A stretch of 64,000 nt of DNA, taken from NCBI RefSeq assembly GCF_045037415.1, contig NZ_CP173438.1, one strand, 5' to 3'. The DNA is from Escherichia coli. Lineage in GTDB: Bacteria > Pseudomonadota > Gammaproteobacteria > Enterobacterales > Enterobacteriaceae. The position numbers and the translations under genes were made by a program. The notes below the pieces were generated by a model, which worked only from the letters and a program-made list of their open reading frames with translations, was not told the origin of the DNA and did not search any database. Below, one piece after another: positions 1-11,589 of this stretch (the stretch's first letter is position 1; every line of letters begins with the position of its first letter).

Positions 1-78
1 CGTAAAAAGGTTGGGTTTCGATGTATTGACGGGTAAACTTTGTCGCCCGCTAAACATTTGTTTAAGGAATGATTAATT

Positions 79-825
79 GTGACCAAACTCAAACTTCTGG
101 CACTTGGAGTGCTTATCGCAACGTCTGCAGGCGTAGCGCACGCTGAAGGTAAATTTTCCCTGGGCGCAGGCGTAGGTGTCGTTGAACACCCATATAAAGA
201 TTACGATACCGATGTTTACCCAGTACCGGTAATCAACTATGAAGGCGATAACTTCTGGTTCCGTGGCTTAGGTGGTGGTTACTACCTGTGGAATGACGCG
301 ACGGACAAACTTTCAATTACCGCTTACTGGTCGCCGCTTTACTTCAAAGCTAAAGACAGTGGCGATCACCAAATGCGTCACCTCGATGACCGTAAGAGCA
401 CCATGATGGCTGGTCTGTCTTATGCTCACTTTACCCAGTACGGTTACCTGCGTACCACCCTGGCTGGCGATACCCTGGATAACAGCAACGGCATCGTCTG
501 GGATATGGCCTGGTTGTATCGTTACACCAACGGTGGCCTGACCGTGACTCCGGGTATTGGTGTGCAGTGGAACAGCGAAAACCAGAACGAATACTATTAT
601 GGCGTATCGCGCAAAGAGTCCGCTCGCAGCGGTCTGCGTGGCTATAACCCGAACGACAGCTGGAGCCCTTACCTGGAGCTGAGCGCCAGCTACAACTTCC
701 TCGGCGACTGGAGTGTTTACGGTACCGCGCGCTACACCCGTCTGTCTGATGAAGTTACTGACAGCCCAATGGTGGATAAATCCTGGACTGGCCTGATTTC
801 TACCGGGATCACCTACAAATTCTGA
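79..825 (+). CDS. mipA: MltA-interacting outer-membrane protein MipA (GTG start, N-terminal signal peptide)
   Basis: 248-aa ORF with signal peptide and OMP-like beta-strand composition; synteny with yeaE/gapA. Confidence 0.9.
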   Translation: MTKLKLLALGVLIATSAGVAHAEGKFSLGAGVGVVEHPYKDYDTDVYPVPVINYEGDNFWFRGLGGGYYLWNDATDKLSITAYWSPLYFKAKDSGDHQMRHLDDRKSTMMAGLSYAHFTQYGYLRTTLAGDTLDNSNGIVWDMAWLYRYTNGGLTVTPGIGVQWNSENQNEYYYGVSRKESARSGLRGYNPNDSWSPYLELSASYNFLGDWSVYGTARYTRLSDEVTDSPMVDKSWTGLISTGITYKF

Positions 826-856
826 TAATGCATCTTTCCAGGGCATTTTGTGCATA

Positions 857-884
857 AAAACAGGGCGTAATGCCCTGTTTTGCA
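857..884 (+). terminator. rho-independent terminator after mipA
   Basis: CAGGGC-gtaa-GCCCTG hairpin followed by TTTT. Confidence 0.6.
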
Positions 885-914
885 TTACGGTGGTGCAATA
901 CCTGGGAGGAAACA

Positions 915-1769
915 ATGCAACAAAAAATGATTCAATTTAGTGGCGATGTCTCACTGCCAGCCATAGGGCAGGGAACATGGTATATGGGCGAAGATGCCAG
1001 TCAGCGTAAAACAGAAGTTGCTGCACTACGCGCGGGCATTGAACTCGGTTTAACCCTCATTGATACCGCCGAAATGTATGCCGATGGCGGTGCCGAAAAA
1101 GTGGTTGGGGAAGCATTAATCGGTCTGCGTGAGAACGTCTTTCTCGTCTCTAAAGTCTATCCGTGGAATGCTGGCGGGCAAAAAGCGATAAATGCATGCG
1201 AAGCCAGTTTACGCCGTCTCAATACTGATTATCTCGATCTCTACTTATTACACTGGTCTGGCAGTTTCGCTCTCGAAGAGACTGTCGCAGCGATGGAAAA
1301 ATTGATCGCCCAGGGAAAAATCCGCCGCTGGGGCGTTTCTAACCTTGATTATGCCGATATGCAGGAACTCTGGCAGCTGCCGGGGGGAAATCAGTGTGCC
1401 ACTAATCAGGTGCTTTACCATCTCGGTTCACGAGGGATTGAGTACGATCTACTTCCCTGGTGCCAGAAACAGCAGATGCCGGTGATGGCTTACAGTCCAT
1501 TAGCCCAGGCCGGGCGGTTGCGCAATGGACTGTTAAAAAATGCGGTAGTCAACGAAATTGCACATGCTCACAATATCAGTGCGGCACAAGTATTGTTGGC
1601 GTGGGTAATCAGCCATCAGGGTGTGATGGCGATTCCAAAAGCGGCAACTGTCGCACATGTCCAACAAAATGCGGCTGTGCTTGAGGTTGAACTTTCGTCA
1701 GCGGAATTAGTTATGCTGGATAAAGCGTATCCGGCACCAAAAGGAAAAACTGCGCTGGATATGGTGTGA
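915..1769 (+). CDS. yeaE: aldo-keto reductase YeaE
   Basis: 284 aa from ATG at 915 preceded by GGAGG; AKR-family sequence; track ORF start at 870 is an upstream extension. Confidence 0.85.
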   Translation: MQQKMIQFSGDVSLPAIGQGTWYMGEDASQRKTEVAALRAGIELGLTLIDTAEMYADGGAEKVVGEALIGLRENVFLVSKVYPWNAGGQKAINACEASLRRLNTDYLDLYLLHWSGSFALEETVAAMEKLIAQGKIRRWGVSNLDYADMQELWQLPGGNQCATNQVLYHLGSRGIEYDLLPWCQKQQMPVMAYSPLAQAGRLRNGLLKNAVVNEIAHAHNISAAQVLLAWVISHQGVMAIPKAATVAHVQQNAAVLEVELSSAELVMLDKAYPAPKGKTALDMV

Positions 1770-1778
1770 TGTTGATTC

Positions 1779-1803
1779 GTGCCGGATGCATCGCACCCGG
1801 CAC
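1779..1803. terminator. hairpin between convergent yeaE and yeaD (possible bidirectional terminator)
   Basis: GTGCCGG...CCGGCAC inverted repeat; weak U-tracts. Confidence 0.4.
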
Positions 1804-1819
1804 ACAATATTAACGCAAA

Positions 1820-2704
1820 TTAACGTTTAGCAACGCGAATGGATTGCGCCAGATGTGCAGGTTTCTCTTTGGTGACTTTTTGCGTTTCTGAAGCGTAAGC
1901 CGTTTCTACACAAACAAAGGTCTTGTAGCCATCATCCGGCATATCGCCCATGCTAACTGAAAGCGCCGGTCCTGGGTTCCAGCCTACAACGTTCAGATGA
2001 TGCTGGTGGCCTACGGCGATAATACGATTCAGCGCTTCGTCATTAATTACGCTGCAATCTTGCGGATTCAGATACACGCGATCGGTACGGTCAGGGAAGG
2101 TCTGAATACCGTCGGTCAGTACATCTTCTTTCGCGTCATTTACTTTATCAATGAAGCGATCGCCTAGTCCACTGACGCTTACCTTAGCGATATCACCCAC
2201 GTTAAAGTAGGTATGCAGAGCAGAGGTAGTTTCAAATTCGCCGTGTGCTTCAAGATCGATTTCACAGGTTTTACCCACGTGGAAATGCGCTAACAGCGTA
2301 AAGTCGTGCGGCCAGAATTTTTTCGTCTCTTCGCTTTGTGTCAATTCAAAAGTCAGCGCTACACCATCAGCATCTTCACGATGTGATTTCAGCGTCCACG
2401 GCAGGTTGCGGGCAAAACCGTGCGCAGGCAGACCTTGTTGTGCAGCCGGACCAAACCACGGCCAGCAAACCGGTATGCCACCGCGAATGGCGACGCCATT
2501 TTTGAACGGTGTGTTGTTACTCAACCACAGAACTTCTTCTTCACCCGCAGGTTTCCACGAGAGAAGGTGTGCGCCCTGTAATGCAAAAGAGGCTTTTACC
2601 TGGGGATGATCGACCACAATGAGGTCCAGTTCATCCAGTTTACGACGGGAGAGGACAGGGGAGATTTGTTCGATGACCGGAAGGGCAAAAATTTTCTTAA
2701 TCAT
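1820..2704 (-). CDS. yeaD: aldose 1-epimerase family protein (putative glucose-6-phosphate 1-epimerase) YeaD
   Basis: 294 aa from MIKKIF; aldose-epimerase-like sequence; synteny next to gapA. Confidence 0.85.
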   Translation of the reverse strand: MIKKIFALPVIEQISPVLSRRKLDELDLIVVDHPQVKASFALQGAHLLSWKPAGEEEVLWLSNNTPFKNGVAIRGGIPVCWPWFGPAAQQGLPAHGFARNLPWTLKSHREDADGVALTFELTQSEETKKFWPHDFTLLAHFHVGKTCEIDLEAHGEFETTSALHTYFNVGDIAKVSVSGLGDRFIDKVNDAKEDVLTDGIQTFPDRTDRVYLNPQDCSVINDEALNRIIAVGHQHHLNVVGWNPGPALSVSMGDMPDDGYKTFVCVETAYASETQKVTKEKPAHLAQSIRVAKR

Positions 2705-2735
2705 GACGCAGTCCTTTAACTTCATTTTATCAGGT

Positions 2736-2766
2736 AAAAAAAAGAGCGACCGAAGTCGCTCTTTTT
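2736..2766 (-). terminator. gapA rho-independent terminator
   Basis: AGAGCGAC-cgaa-GTCGCTCT hairpin with U-tract on minus strand just downstream of gapA stop. Confidence 0.7.
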
Positions 2767-2787
2767 AGATCACAGTGTCATCTCAAC

Positions 2788-3795
<1,008 letters not shown>

Positions 3796-4124
3796 CTATT
3801 TGTTAGTGAATAAAAGGTTGCCTGTAAAATTACAAAAACCTTACGCAGCGTCAAGCGGAATCGTGTCAATCATTGCGACAAATCAATCCTGTGCCTAAGC
3901 ATTACGCGACTGACTCGCCTCACTCTTCCTTTGGGCTTGAGACCACATGGGGTCGGCGCCCCGAATTTTAAAGGGCAATTACGATAAAAATGTGATTTTC
4001 ATCACGATTTAGGTGCAGCCATTTCGTCGAGATCAAGTTTAGGACAAAATTTTGCCAGTTGGTGTTAATGTTTTGTTAGAATCAGTCACGTAATGTGAGC
4101 ACGATTAAAGTGAGATGTGAGCAA

Positions 4125-4538
4125 ATGGCTAATAAACCTTCGGCAGAAGAACTGAAAAAAAATTTGTCCGAGATGCAGTTCTACGTGACGCAGAATCATG
4201 GGACAGAACCGCCATTTACGGGTCGTTTACTGCATAACAAGCGTGACGGCGTATATCACTGTTTGATCTGCGATGCCCCGCTGTTTCATTCCCAAACCAA
4301 GTATGATTCCGGCTGTGGCTGGCCCAGTTTCTACGAACCGGTGAGTGAAGAATCTATTCGTTATATCAAAGACTTGTCACATGGAATGCAGCGCATAGAA
4401 ATTCGTTGCGGTAACTGCGATGCCCATCTGGGCCATGTCTTTCCTGACGGGCCGCAGCCAACGGGCGAACGTTATTGTGTTAACTCTGCTTCTTTACGCT
4501 TCACTGATGGCGAAAACGGCGAAGAAATCAACGGTTGA
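4125..4538 (+). CDS. msrB: peptide methionine-R-sulfoxide reductase MsrB
   Basis: 137 aa, two CxxC zinc motifs and C-terminal catalytic Cys; track ORF start at 4095 is an extension. Confidence 0.93.
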
Positions 4539-4579
4539 AAAAACGATTCAGCAACTTATTCCACAGGAGCGGAAAAATT

Positions 4580-4852
4580 ATGAATCTTGATGACATTATC
4601 AACAGCATGACGCCTGAGGTATACCAGCGTTTGTCGACCGCCGTTGAACTGGGGAAATGGCCTGATGGCGTTACGTTGACCGAGGAACAAAAAGAGAACT
4701 GCCTGCAACTGGTGATGCTGTGGCAAGCCCGCCATAATACCGAAGCACAGCATATGACAATTGACACAAATGGTCAGATGGTCATGAAGAGCAAACAGCA
4801 GTTAAAAGAAGATTTTGGTATCTCAGCAAAGCCTATTGCCATGTTTAAGTAA
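4580..4852 (+). CDS. yeaC: DUF1315-family protein YeaC
   Basis: 90 aa MNLDDIINSMTPEVYQRL...; immediately downstream of msrB. Confidence 0.8.
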   Translation: MNLDDIINSMTPEVYQRLSTAVELGKWPDGVTLTEEQKENCLQLVMLWQARHNTEAQHMTIDTNGQMVMKSKQQLKEDFGISAKPIAMFK

Positions 4853-5111
4853 GTGGTTTATCCCCTTTTTGCCGCGGTTATAAAGGGGATAGCCAACAAT
4901 GACCCCACGACTCATCTCAATTATCTCGCCCCGACCTGGCTAAGTCCCAGTCCGATCTCTTGCAGTCGCGTTCACACCTGAATGACTTCTCCTGAACTTA
5001 AGTCTCAGGCCTATTTGGCCGGGAATCCCTCTCGAATTTGCTCTTTTTGCGTCCCGCCTTCCATCAACCTGTAACAACCCCAGCCATTTTCTGCGTAATT
5101 GTGATCTAAGT

Positions 5112-5143
5112 TGTAAAACGCAGATCATTATCTGTGTTTTACA
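5112..5143 (+). promoter_or_regulatory. 13-bp-arm palindrome about 80 bp upstream of ydjL (candidate operator or RNA hairpin)
   Basis: TGTAAAACGCAGA-tcatta-TCTGTGTTTTACA, one mismatch, followed by TTGACC -35-like hexamer. Confidence 0.35.
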
Positions 5144-5221
5144 GATTTAATGTTGACCTCAAAAATCATGTGGGTAAGTATGATGACCATCTAAGCAAAA
5201 CAAAACACAGAGGATGACGCA

Positions 5222-6298
5222 ATGAAAGCACTGGCTCGGTTTGGCAAGGCTTTTGGTGGCTACAAGATGATTGATGTCCCACAACCCATTTGTGGCCCGG
5301 AAGATGTCGTGATTGAAATTAAAGCCGCGGCAATCTGCGGCGCAGACATGAAGCACTACAATGTCGATAGCGGTTCGGATGAGTTTAACTCTATCCGCGG
5401 CCATGAGTTCGCAGGTTGTATTGCGCAGGTTGGTGAAAAAGTCAAAGACTGGAAAGTGGGGCAACGCGTCGTGTCGGATAACAGCGGTCACGTTTGCGGC
5501 GTTTGCCCGGCCTGTGAACAAGGTGATTTTCTGTGTTGTACAGAAAAAGTAAACCTTGGTCTGGATAACAATACCTGGGGCGGTGGTTTTTCCAAATATT
5601 GTCTTGTTCCTGGTGAAATTCTCAAAATTCATCGTCATGCGTTGTGGGAAATCCCTGATGGTGTTGATTATGAGGACGCAGCCGTACTTGACCCTATCTG
5701 TAATGCCTATAAATCCATCGCGCAGCAATCGAAATTCCTTCCAGGTCAGGATGTGGTCGTCATCGGCACTGGCCCACTCGGGCTGTTCTCCGTACAAATG
5801 GCGCGGATTATGGGGGCGGTAAATATCGTCGTCGTTGGTCTGCAAGAAGATGTAACGGTCCGCTTCCCGGTTGCAAAAGAACTGGGTGCGACGGCAGTAG
5901 TAAATGGTTCTACCGAAGATGTGGTGGCACGCTGCCAGCAAATTTGTGGCAAAGACAATCTGGGGCTGGTGATTGAATGCTCCGGTGCCAATATCGCATT
6001 GAAACAAGCCATCGAAATGCTCCGCCCGAATGGGGAAGTAGTACGCGTTGGAATGGGCTTCAAACCTCTTGATTTCTCGATTAATGACATTACCGCCTGG
6101 AACAAAAGCATCATTGGGCATATGGCCTATGACTCCACTTCATGGCGTAACGCTATCAGGCTATTAGCCAGCGGCGCTATCAAAGTCAAACCGATGATCA
6201 CGCATCGTATCGGCCTGTCGCAATGGCGCGAAGGGTTTGATGCGATGGTCGATAAAACTGCAATCAAAGTGATCATGACTTACGACTTTGATGAATAA
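5222..6298 (+). CDS. ydjL: Zn-dependent alcohol/sugar dehydrogenase YdjL
   Basis: 358 aa MDR-family with GHE..G and Cys-rich zinc motifs. Confidence 0.85.
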   Translation: MKALARFGKAFGGYKMIDVPQPICGPEDVVIEIKAAAICGADMKHYNVDSGSDEFNSIRGHEFAGCIAQVGEKVKDWKVGQRVVSDNSGHVCGVCPACEQGDFLCCTEKVNLGLDNNTWGGGFSKYCLVPGEILKIHRHALWEIPDGVDYEDAAVLDPICNAYKSIAQQSKFLPGQDVVVIGTGPLGLFSVQMARIMGAVNIVVVGLQEDVTVRFPVAKELGATAVVNGSTEDVVARCQQICGKDNLGLVIECSGANIALKQAIEMLRPNGEVVRVGMGFKPLDFSINDITAWNKSIIGHMAYDSTSWRNAIRLLASGAIKVKPMITHRIGLSQWREGFDAMVDKTAIKVIMTYDFDE

Positions 6299-6324
6299 CT
6301 ACTCTCCTGAAGGAACGTTATCGC

Positions 6325-7704
6325 ATGGAACAGATAACAAAACCGCATTGTGGTGCACGGCTGGATCGCTTACCGGATTGCCGCTGGCATTCGTCGATGT
6401 TTGCCATCGTCGCGTTTGGCCTGCTTGTCTGCTGGAGTAATGCCGTTGGTGGCTTGATCCTCGCGCAGCTGAAAGCGTTGGGCTGGACAGATAATTCCAC
6501 CACTGCCACATTCTCAGCAATCACGACCGCCGGAATGTTTCTCGGTGCGCTGGTGGGCGGCATCATCGGTGACAAAACCGGTCGCAGAAATGCGTTTATC
6601 CTCTATGAGGCCATTCATATTGCCTCGATGGTTGTCGGTGCTTTCTCACCGAATATGGATTTCCTTATTGCCTGCCGTTTTGTGATGGGCGTTGGGCTGG
6701 GAGCTTTACTGGTTACACTGTTTGCTGGTTTCACCGAATATATGCCCGGAAGAAATCGCGGAACGTGGTCCAGTCGGGTTTCCTTTATTGGTAACTGGTC
6801 ATATCCGCTCTGTTCATTGATTGCGATGGGACTCACGCCGCTGATTAGTGCAGAGTGGAACTGGCGGGTACAACTGCTTATCCCTGCAATATTGTCACTT
6901 ATCGCTACGGCGCTGGCCTGGCGCTACTTTCCTGAATCCCCGCGCTGGCTGGAATCGCGCGGACGTTATCAGGAAGCCGAGAAAGTCATGCGGAGTATAG
7001 AAGAAGGCGTCATACGCCAGACGGGTAAACCTTTGCCGCCTGTGGTTATTGCTGATGACGGTAAAGCACCACAAGCGGTGCCGTATTCAGCCTTACTGAC
7101 AGGAGTATTACTGAAACGCGTGATATTAGGCTCTTGTGTGCTGATTGCCATGAACGTTGTGCAGTACACACTAATTAACTGGTTGCCAACGATATTCATG
7201 ACCCAGGGAATTAATTTAAAAGACTCGATTGTTTTAAATACCATGAGTATGTTTGGCGCGCCATTTGGTATTTTTATTGCCATGCTGGTGATGGATAAAA
7301 TTCCGCGTAAAACAATGGGTGTGGGGCTATTAATCCTGATTGCGGTGCTCGGATATATCTATTCACTGCAAACCAGTATGTTGCTCATAACGCTGATTGG
7401 TTTCTTCCTGATTACTTTCGTCTATATGTACGTTTGCTATGCCTCGGCAGTGTATGTCCCTGAGATCTGGCCGACAGAGGCCAAACTCCGTGGCTCCGGT
7501 CTGGCGAATGCGGTAGGGCGAATCAGTGGTATTGCCGCACCTTATGCCGTTGCAGTGCTGCTCAGTAGTTATGGCGTAACGGGAGTCTTTATTCTTCTGG
7601 GGGCTGTTTCAATTATTGTCGCAATTGCTATCGCCACCATTGGAATTGAAACCAAAGGTGTCTCCGTTGAAAGTTTAAGTATTGATGCAGTAGCCAATAA
7701 ATAA
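6325..7704 (+). CDS. ydjK: MFS sugar transporter YdjK
   Basis: 459 aa, about 12 TM segments, MFS signature GxxxDxxGRR. Confidence 0.85.
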   Translation: MEQITKPHCGARLDRLPDCRWHSSMFAIVAFGLLVCWSNAVGGLILAQLKALGWTDNSTTATFSAITTAGMFLGALVGGIIGDKTGRRNAFILYEAIHIASMVVGAFSPNMDFLIACRFVMGVGLGALLVTLFAGFTEYMPGRNRGTWSSRVSFIGNWSYPLCSLIAMGLTPLISAEWNWRVQLLIPAILSLIATALAWRYFPESPRWLESRGRYQEAEKVMRSIEEGVIRQTGKPLPPVVIADDGKAPQAVPYSALLTGVLLKRVILGSCVLIAMNVVQYTLINWLPTIFMTQGINLKDSIVLNTMSMFGAPFGIFIAMLVMDKIPRKTMGVGLLILIAVLGYIYSLQTSMLLITLIGFFLITFVYMYVCYASAVYVPEIWPTEAKLRGSGLANAVGRISGIAAPYAVAVLLSSYGVTGVFILLGAVSIIVAIAIATIGIETKGVSVESLSIDAVANK

Positions 7705-7720
7705 TACTGGTGGATTCAAA

Positions 7721-8764
7721 ATGAAAAATTCAAAAGCAATGTTGCAGGTGCCGGGCACAATGAAAATTATTTCAGCAGAAATACCTGTACCTAAAGAAGA
7801 TGAAGTTTTGATTAAAGTGGAATATGTCGGTATTTGTGGTTCAGATGTACATGGTTTTGAATCAGGCCCGTTTATTCCTCCTAAAGACCCAAATCAAGAA
7901 ATTGGCCTGGGTCATGAATGCGCCGGGACGGTTGTGGCTGTGGGAAGCCGCGTGCGCAAATTTAAACCGGGGGATCGGGTAAATATCGAACCTGGCGTTC
8001 CTTGCGGTCACTGTCGTTACTGTCTGGAAGGCAAATATAACATCTGCCCGGACGTTGATTTTATGGCGACACAACCCAACTACCGCGGCGCATTAACGCA
8101 CTATCTGTGTCATCCGGAGAGCTTTACTTACAAACTGCCAGACAATATGGACACGATGGAAGGGGCGCTGGTGGAGCCTGCCGCAGTCGGGATGCATGCC
8201 GCGATGCTGGCAGATGTTAAACCGGGTAAGAAGATAATTATTCTGGGAGCGGGTTGTATTGGTTTGATGACGTTGCAAGCGTGCAAATGCCTGGGAGCAA
8301 CGGAAATTGCCGTCGTTGATGTGCTGGAAAAACGTCTGACAATGGCGGAACAGCTCGGCGCGACAGTGGTTATTAACGGCGCAAAAGAAGACACTATTGC
8401 ACGCTGTCAGCAATTTACCGAAGACATGGGCGCAGATATTGTTTTTGAAACAGCGGGTTCTGCGGTCACCGTTAAACAGGCACCTTATCTGGTCATGCGC
8501 GGCGGTAAAATTATGATTGTTGGTACTGTACCCGGCGATTCGGCAATCAATTTCCTCAAAATCAATCGCGAAGTCACTATCCAGACGGTATTCCGCTATG
8601 CCAATCGTTATCCGGTCACGATTGAAGCTATTTCTTCAGGGCGATTCGATGTGAAATCGATGGTGACGCATATTTACGATTATCGGGATGTACAACAGGC
8701 ATTTGAAGAGTCAGTTAACAACAAACGCGACATTATTAAAGGCGTTATTAAAATTAGCGATTAA
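7721..8764 (+). CDS. ydjJ: Zn-dependent sugar dehydrogenase YdjJ
   Basis: 347 aa MDR-family, GICGSD..GHE motif. Confidence 0.85.
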   Translation: MKNSKAMLQVPGTMKIISAEIPVPKEDEVLIKVEYVGICGSDVHGFESGPFIPPKDPNQEIGLGHECAGTVVAVGSRVRKFKPGDRVNIEPGVPCGHCRYCLEGKYNICPDVDFMATQPNYRGALTHYLCHPESFTYKLPDNMDTMEGALVEPAAVGMHAAMLADVKPGKKIIILGAGCIGLMTLQACKCLGATEIAVVDVLEKRLTMAEQLGATVVINGAKEDTIARCQQFTEDMGADIVFETAGSAVTVKQAPYLVMRGGKIMIVGTVPGDSAINFLKINREVTIQTVFRYANRYPVTIEAISSGRFDVKSMVTHIYDYRDVQQAFEESVNNKRDIIKGVIKISD

Positions 8765-8784
8765 TTAATACGGGAGAACAGAAC

Positions 8785-9621
8785 ATGCTCGCAGATATCA
8801 GATATTGGGAAAACGATGCCACAAATAAACATTATGCAATTGCCCATTTTAACGTATGGAATGCAGAAATGTTGATGGGCGTTATCGACGCAGCCGAAGA
8901 AGCGAAATCACCGGTTATTATTTCTTTTGGCACAGGTTTTGTCGGCAACACCTCATTTGAAGATTTCTCTCACATGATGGTATCAATGGCACAAAAAGCA
9001 ACGGTGCCGGTAATAACTCATTGGGATCATGGTCGGAGTATGGAGATTATTCATAACGCCTGGACTCATGGTATGAATTCATTAATGCGTGATGCTTCTG
9101 CATTTGATTTCGAAGAAAATATTCGTTTAACCAAAGAGGCTGTTGATTTCTTCCATCCGCTGGGTATTCCGGTAGAGGCGGAATTAGGGCATGTCGGTAA
9201 TGAAACCGTTTATGAGGAAGCGCTGGCAGGCTATCACTATACCGATCCTGACCAGGCGGCTGAATTTGTTGAACGTACGGGCTGTGACTCATTGGCTGTC
9301 GCCATCGGCAACCAGCATGGGGTTTATACGTCAGAGCCACAATTGAACTTTGAGGTCGTCAAACGCGTACGCGATGCTGTTTCTGTTCCGCTGGTTTTGC
9401 ATGGCGCATCAGGGATCAGTGATGCCGACATTAAAACTGCAATTTCGTTGGGTATTGCGAAAATCAACATTCATACGGAGCTCTGTCAGGCCGCAATGGT
9501 AGCAGTGAAAGAAAACCAGGATCAGCCTTTCCTGCATTTAGAACGTGAAGTGCGTAAAGCTATAAAAGAACGGGCATTGGATAAAATTAAACTGTTCGGT
9601 TCTGATGGCAAAGCGGAATAA
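8785..9621 (+). CDS. ydjI: class II aldolase YdjI
   Basis: 278 aa, FbaA/GatY-like class II aldolase sequence. Confidence 0.85.
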   Translation: MLADIRYWENDATNKHYAIAHFNVWNAEMLMGVIDAAEEAKSPVIISFGTGFVGNTSFEDFSHMMVSMAQKATVPVITHWDHGRSMEIIHNAWTHGMNSLMRDASAFDFEENIRLTKEAVDFFHPLGIPVEAELGHVGNETVYEEALAGYHYTDPDQAAEFVERTGCDSLAVAIGNQHGVYTSEPQLNFEVVKRVRDAVSVPLVLHGASGISDADIKTAISLGIAKINIHTELCQAAMVAVKENQDQPFLHLEREVRKAIKERALDKIKLFGSDGKAE

Positions 9622-9625
9622 TAAT

Positions 9626-10573
9626 ATGGATAATCTCGACGTTATTTGTATAGGTGCCGCTATTGTTGATATTCCATTGCAACCGGTCAGTAAAAATATC
9701 TTTGATGTGGATTCTTATCCTCTTGAAAGAATCGCAATGACCACCGGGGGTGATGCAATAAATGAAGCAACAATTATTTCTCGTCTGGGCCATCGCACAG
9801 CATTAATGAGTCGTATTGGTAAAGATGCCGCAGGGCAATTTATTCTCGACCATTGCCGCAAAGAGAATATTGATATTCAAAGCCTGAAGCAGGACGTCAG
9901 CATAGATACCTCTATTAACGTTGGACTGGTGACGGAGGATGGCGAGCGGACCTTTGTCACAAACCGTAACGGCAGTCTGTGGAAATTGAATATTGACGAT
10001 GTTGATTTTGCGCGGTTTTCTCAGGCGAAATTATTATCACTGGCCAGTATTTTCAACAGTCCTCTATTGGATGGTCGAGCGCTAACAGAAATTTTTACGC
10101 AAGCTAAAACCCGGCAGATGATTATCTGTGCCGATATGATCAAACCGCGGTTGAATGAAACGCTGAATGATATTTGCGAAGCATTGAGTTATGTCGATTA
10201 TCTGTTTCCTAATTTTGCCGAGGCAAAATTACTCACCGGGAAAGAGACACTGGATGAAATTGCTGACTGCTTTCTTGCGTGCGGCGTAAAAACGGTGGTG
10301 ATTAAAACGGGTAAAGACGGCTGCTTTATCAAGCGTGGTGACATGACGATGAAGGTGCCGGCGGTCGCAGGAATAACCGCTATCGACACCATTGGTGCGG
10401 GCGATAACTTTGCTTCAGGTTTTATTGCAGCACTGTTAGAAGGCAAAAATCTGCGAGAATGCGCACGCTTTGCCAATGCAACGGCGGCTATCTCGGTTCT
10501 AAGCATCGGCGCCACCACCGGTGTAAAAAACAGAAAGCTGGTCGAACAATTGCTGGAAGAATACGAAGGATAA
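9626..10573 (+). CDS. ydjH: PfkB-family sugar kinase YdjH
   Basis: 315 aa from MDNLDV; ribokinase-like GAGD motif; track ORF start 9605 is an extension. Confidence 0.85.
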   Translation: MDNLDVICIGAAIVDIPLQPVSKNIFDVDSYPLERIAMTTGGDAINEATIISRLGHRTALMSRIGKDAAGQFILDHCRKENIDIQSLKQDVSIDTSINVGLVTEDGERTFVTNRNGSLWKLNIDDVDFARFSQAKLLSLASIFNSPLLDGRALTEIFTQAKTRQMIICADMIKPRLNETLNDICEALSYVDYLFPNFAEAKLLTGKETLDEIADCFLACGVKTVVIKTGKDGCFIKRGDMTMKVPAVAGITAIDTIGAGDNFASGFIAALLEGKNLRECARFANATAAISVLSIGATTGVKNRKLVEQLLEEYEG

Positions 10574-10582
10574 TGAAGGCAA

Positions 10583-11563
10583 ATGAAAAAGATACCTTTA
10601 GGCACAGCGGATATAACGCTTTCGCGAATGGGGTTGGGTACATGGGCTATTGGCGGCGGTCCTGCATGGAATGGCGATCTCGATCGACAAATATGCATTG
10701 ATACGATTCTTGAAGCCCATCGTTGCGGCATTAACCTGATTGATACTGCGCCAGGATATAACTTTGGCAATAGTGAAGTTATCGTTGGTCAGGCGTTAAA
10801 AAAACTGCCCCGTGAACAGGTTGTAGTAGAAACCAAATGCGGCATTGTCTGGGAACGAAAAGGAAGTTTATTCAACAAAGTTGGCGATCGGCAGTTGTAT
10901 AAAAACCTTTCTCCGGAATCTATCCGCGAAGAGGTAGAAGCCAGCTTGCAACGTCTGGGTATTGATTACATCGATATCTACATGACGCACTGGCAGTCGG
11001 TGCCGCCATTTTTTACGCCGATAGCTGAAACTGTTGCAGTGCTTAATGCGTTAAAGGCCGAAGGGAAAATTCGCGCTATAGGCGCTGCTAACGTCGATGC
11101 TGACCATATCCGCGAGTATCTGCAACATGGTGAACTGGATATTATTCAGGCGAAATACAGTATTCTCGACCGGGCGATGGAAAACGAACTGCTGCCGCTA
11201 TGTCGTGATAATGGCATTGTGGTTCAGGTTTATTCCCCGCTAGAGCAGGGATTGTTGACCGGCACCATCACGCGTGATTACGTTCCGGGCGGCGCTCGGG
11301 CAAATAAAGTCTGGTTCCAGCGTGAAAACATGCTGAAAGTGATTGATATGCTTGAACAGTGGCAGCCACTCTGTGCTCGTTATCAGTGCACAATTCCCAC
11401 TCTGGCACTGGCGTGGATATTAAAACAGAGTGATTTAATCTCCATTCTTAGTGGGGCTACTGCGCCGGAACAGGTACGTGAAAATGTCGCGGCACTGAAT
11501 ATCAACTTATCGGATGCAGACGCAACATTGATGAGGGAAATGGCAGAGGCCCTGGAGCGTTAA
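10583..11563 (+). CDS. ydjG: aldo-keto reductase YdjG
   Basis: 326 aa AKR-family sequence. Confidence 0.85.
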   Translation: MKKIPLGTADITLSRMGLGTWAIGGGPAWNGDLDRQICIDTILEAHRCGINLIDTAPGYNFGNSEVIVGQALKKLPREQVVVETKCGIVWERKGSLFNKVGDRQLYKNLSPESIREEVEASLQRLGIDYIDIYMTHWQSVPPFFTPIAETVAVLNALKAEGKIRAIGAANVDADHIREYLQHGELDIIQAKYSILDRAMENELLPLCRDNGIVVQVYSPLEQGLLTGTITRDYVPGGARANKVWFQRENMLKVIDMLEQWQPLCARYQCTIPTLALAWILKQSDLISILSGATAPEQVRENVAALNINLSDADATLMREMAEALER

Positions 11564-11589
11564 ATACTCAACACGATTCACCTCTGTTT

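Noticed and set aside
5159-6121. 320-aa minus-strand ORF antisense to ydjL, plus similar long antisense or alternate-frame ORFs within sppA (17157..17717), selD (19284..19844), topB (20608..21108), gdhA (22496..22978), ynjE (25526..26278), xthA (33089..33727), spy (40515..41003), katE (50520..50954), yniA (56287..56787), pfkB (57793..58443), thrS (62022..62516) and infC (63519..63980)
   Set aside because: All are fully embedded in well-supported genes on the other strand or in another frame, with no independent start or RBS context and non-protein-like composition. They are treated as shadow ORFs.
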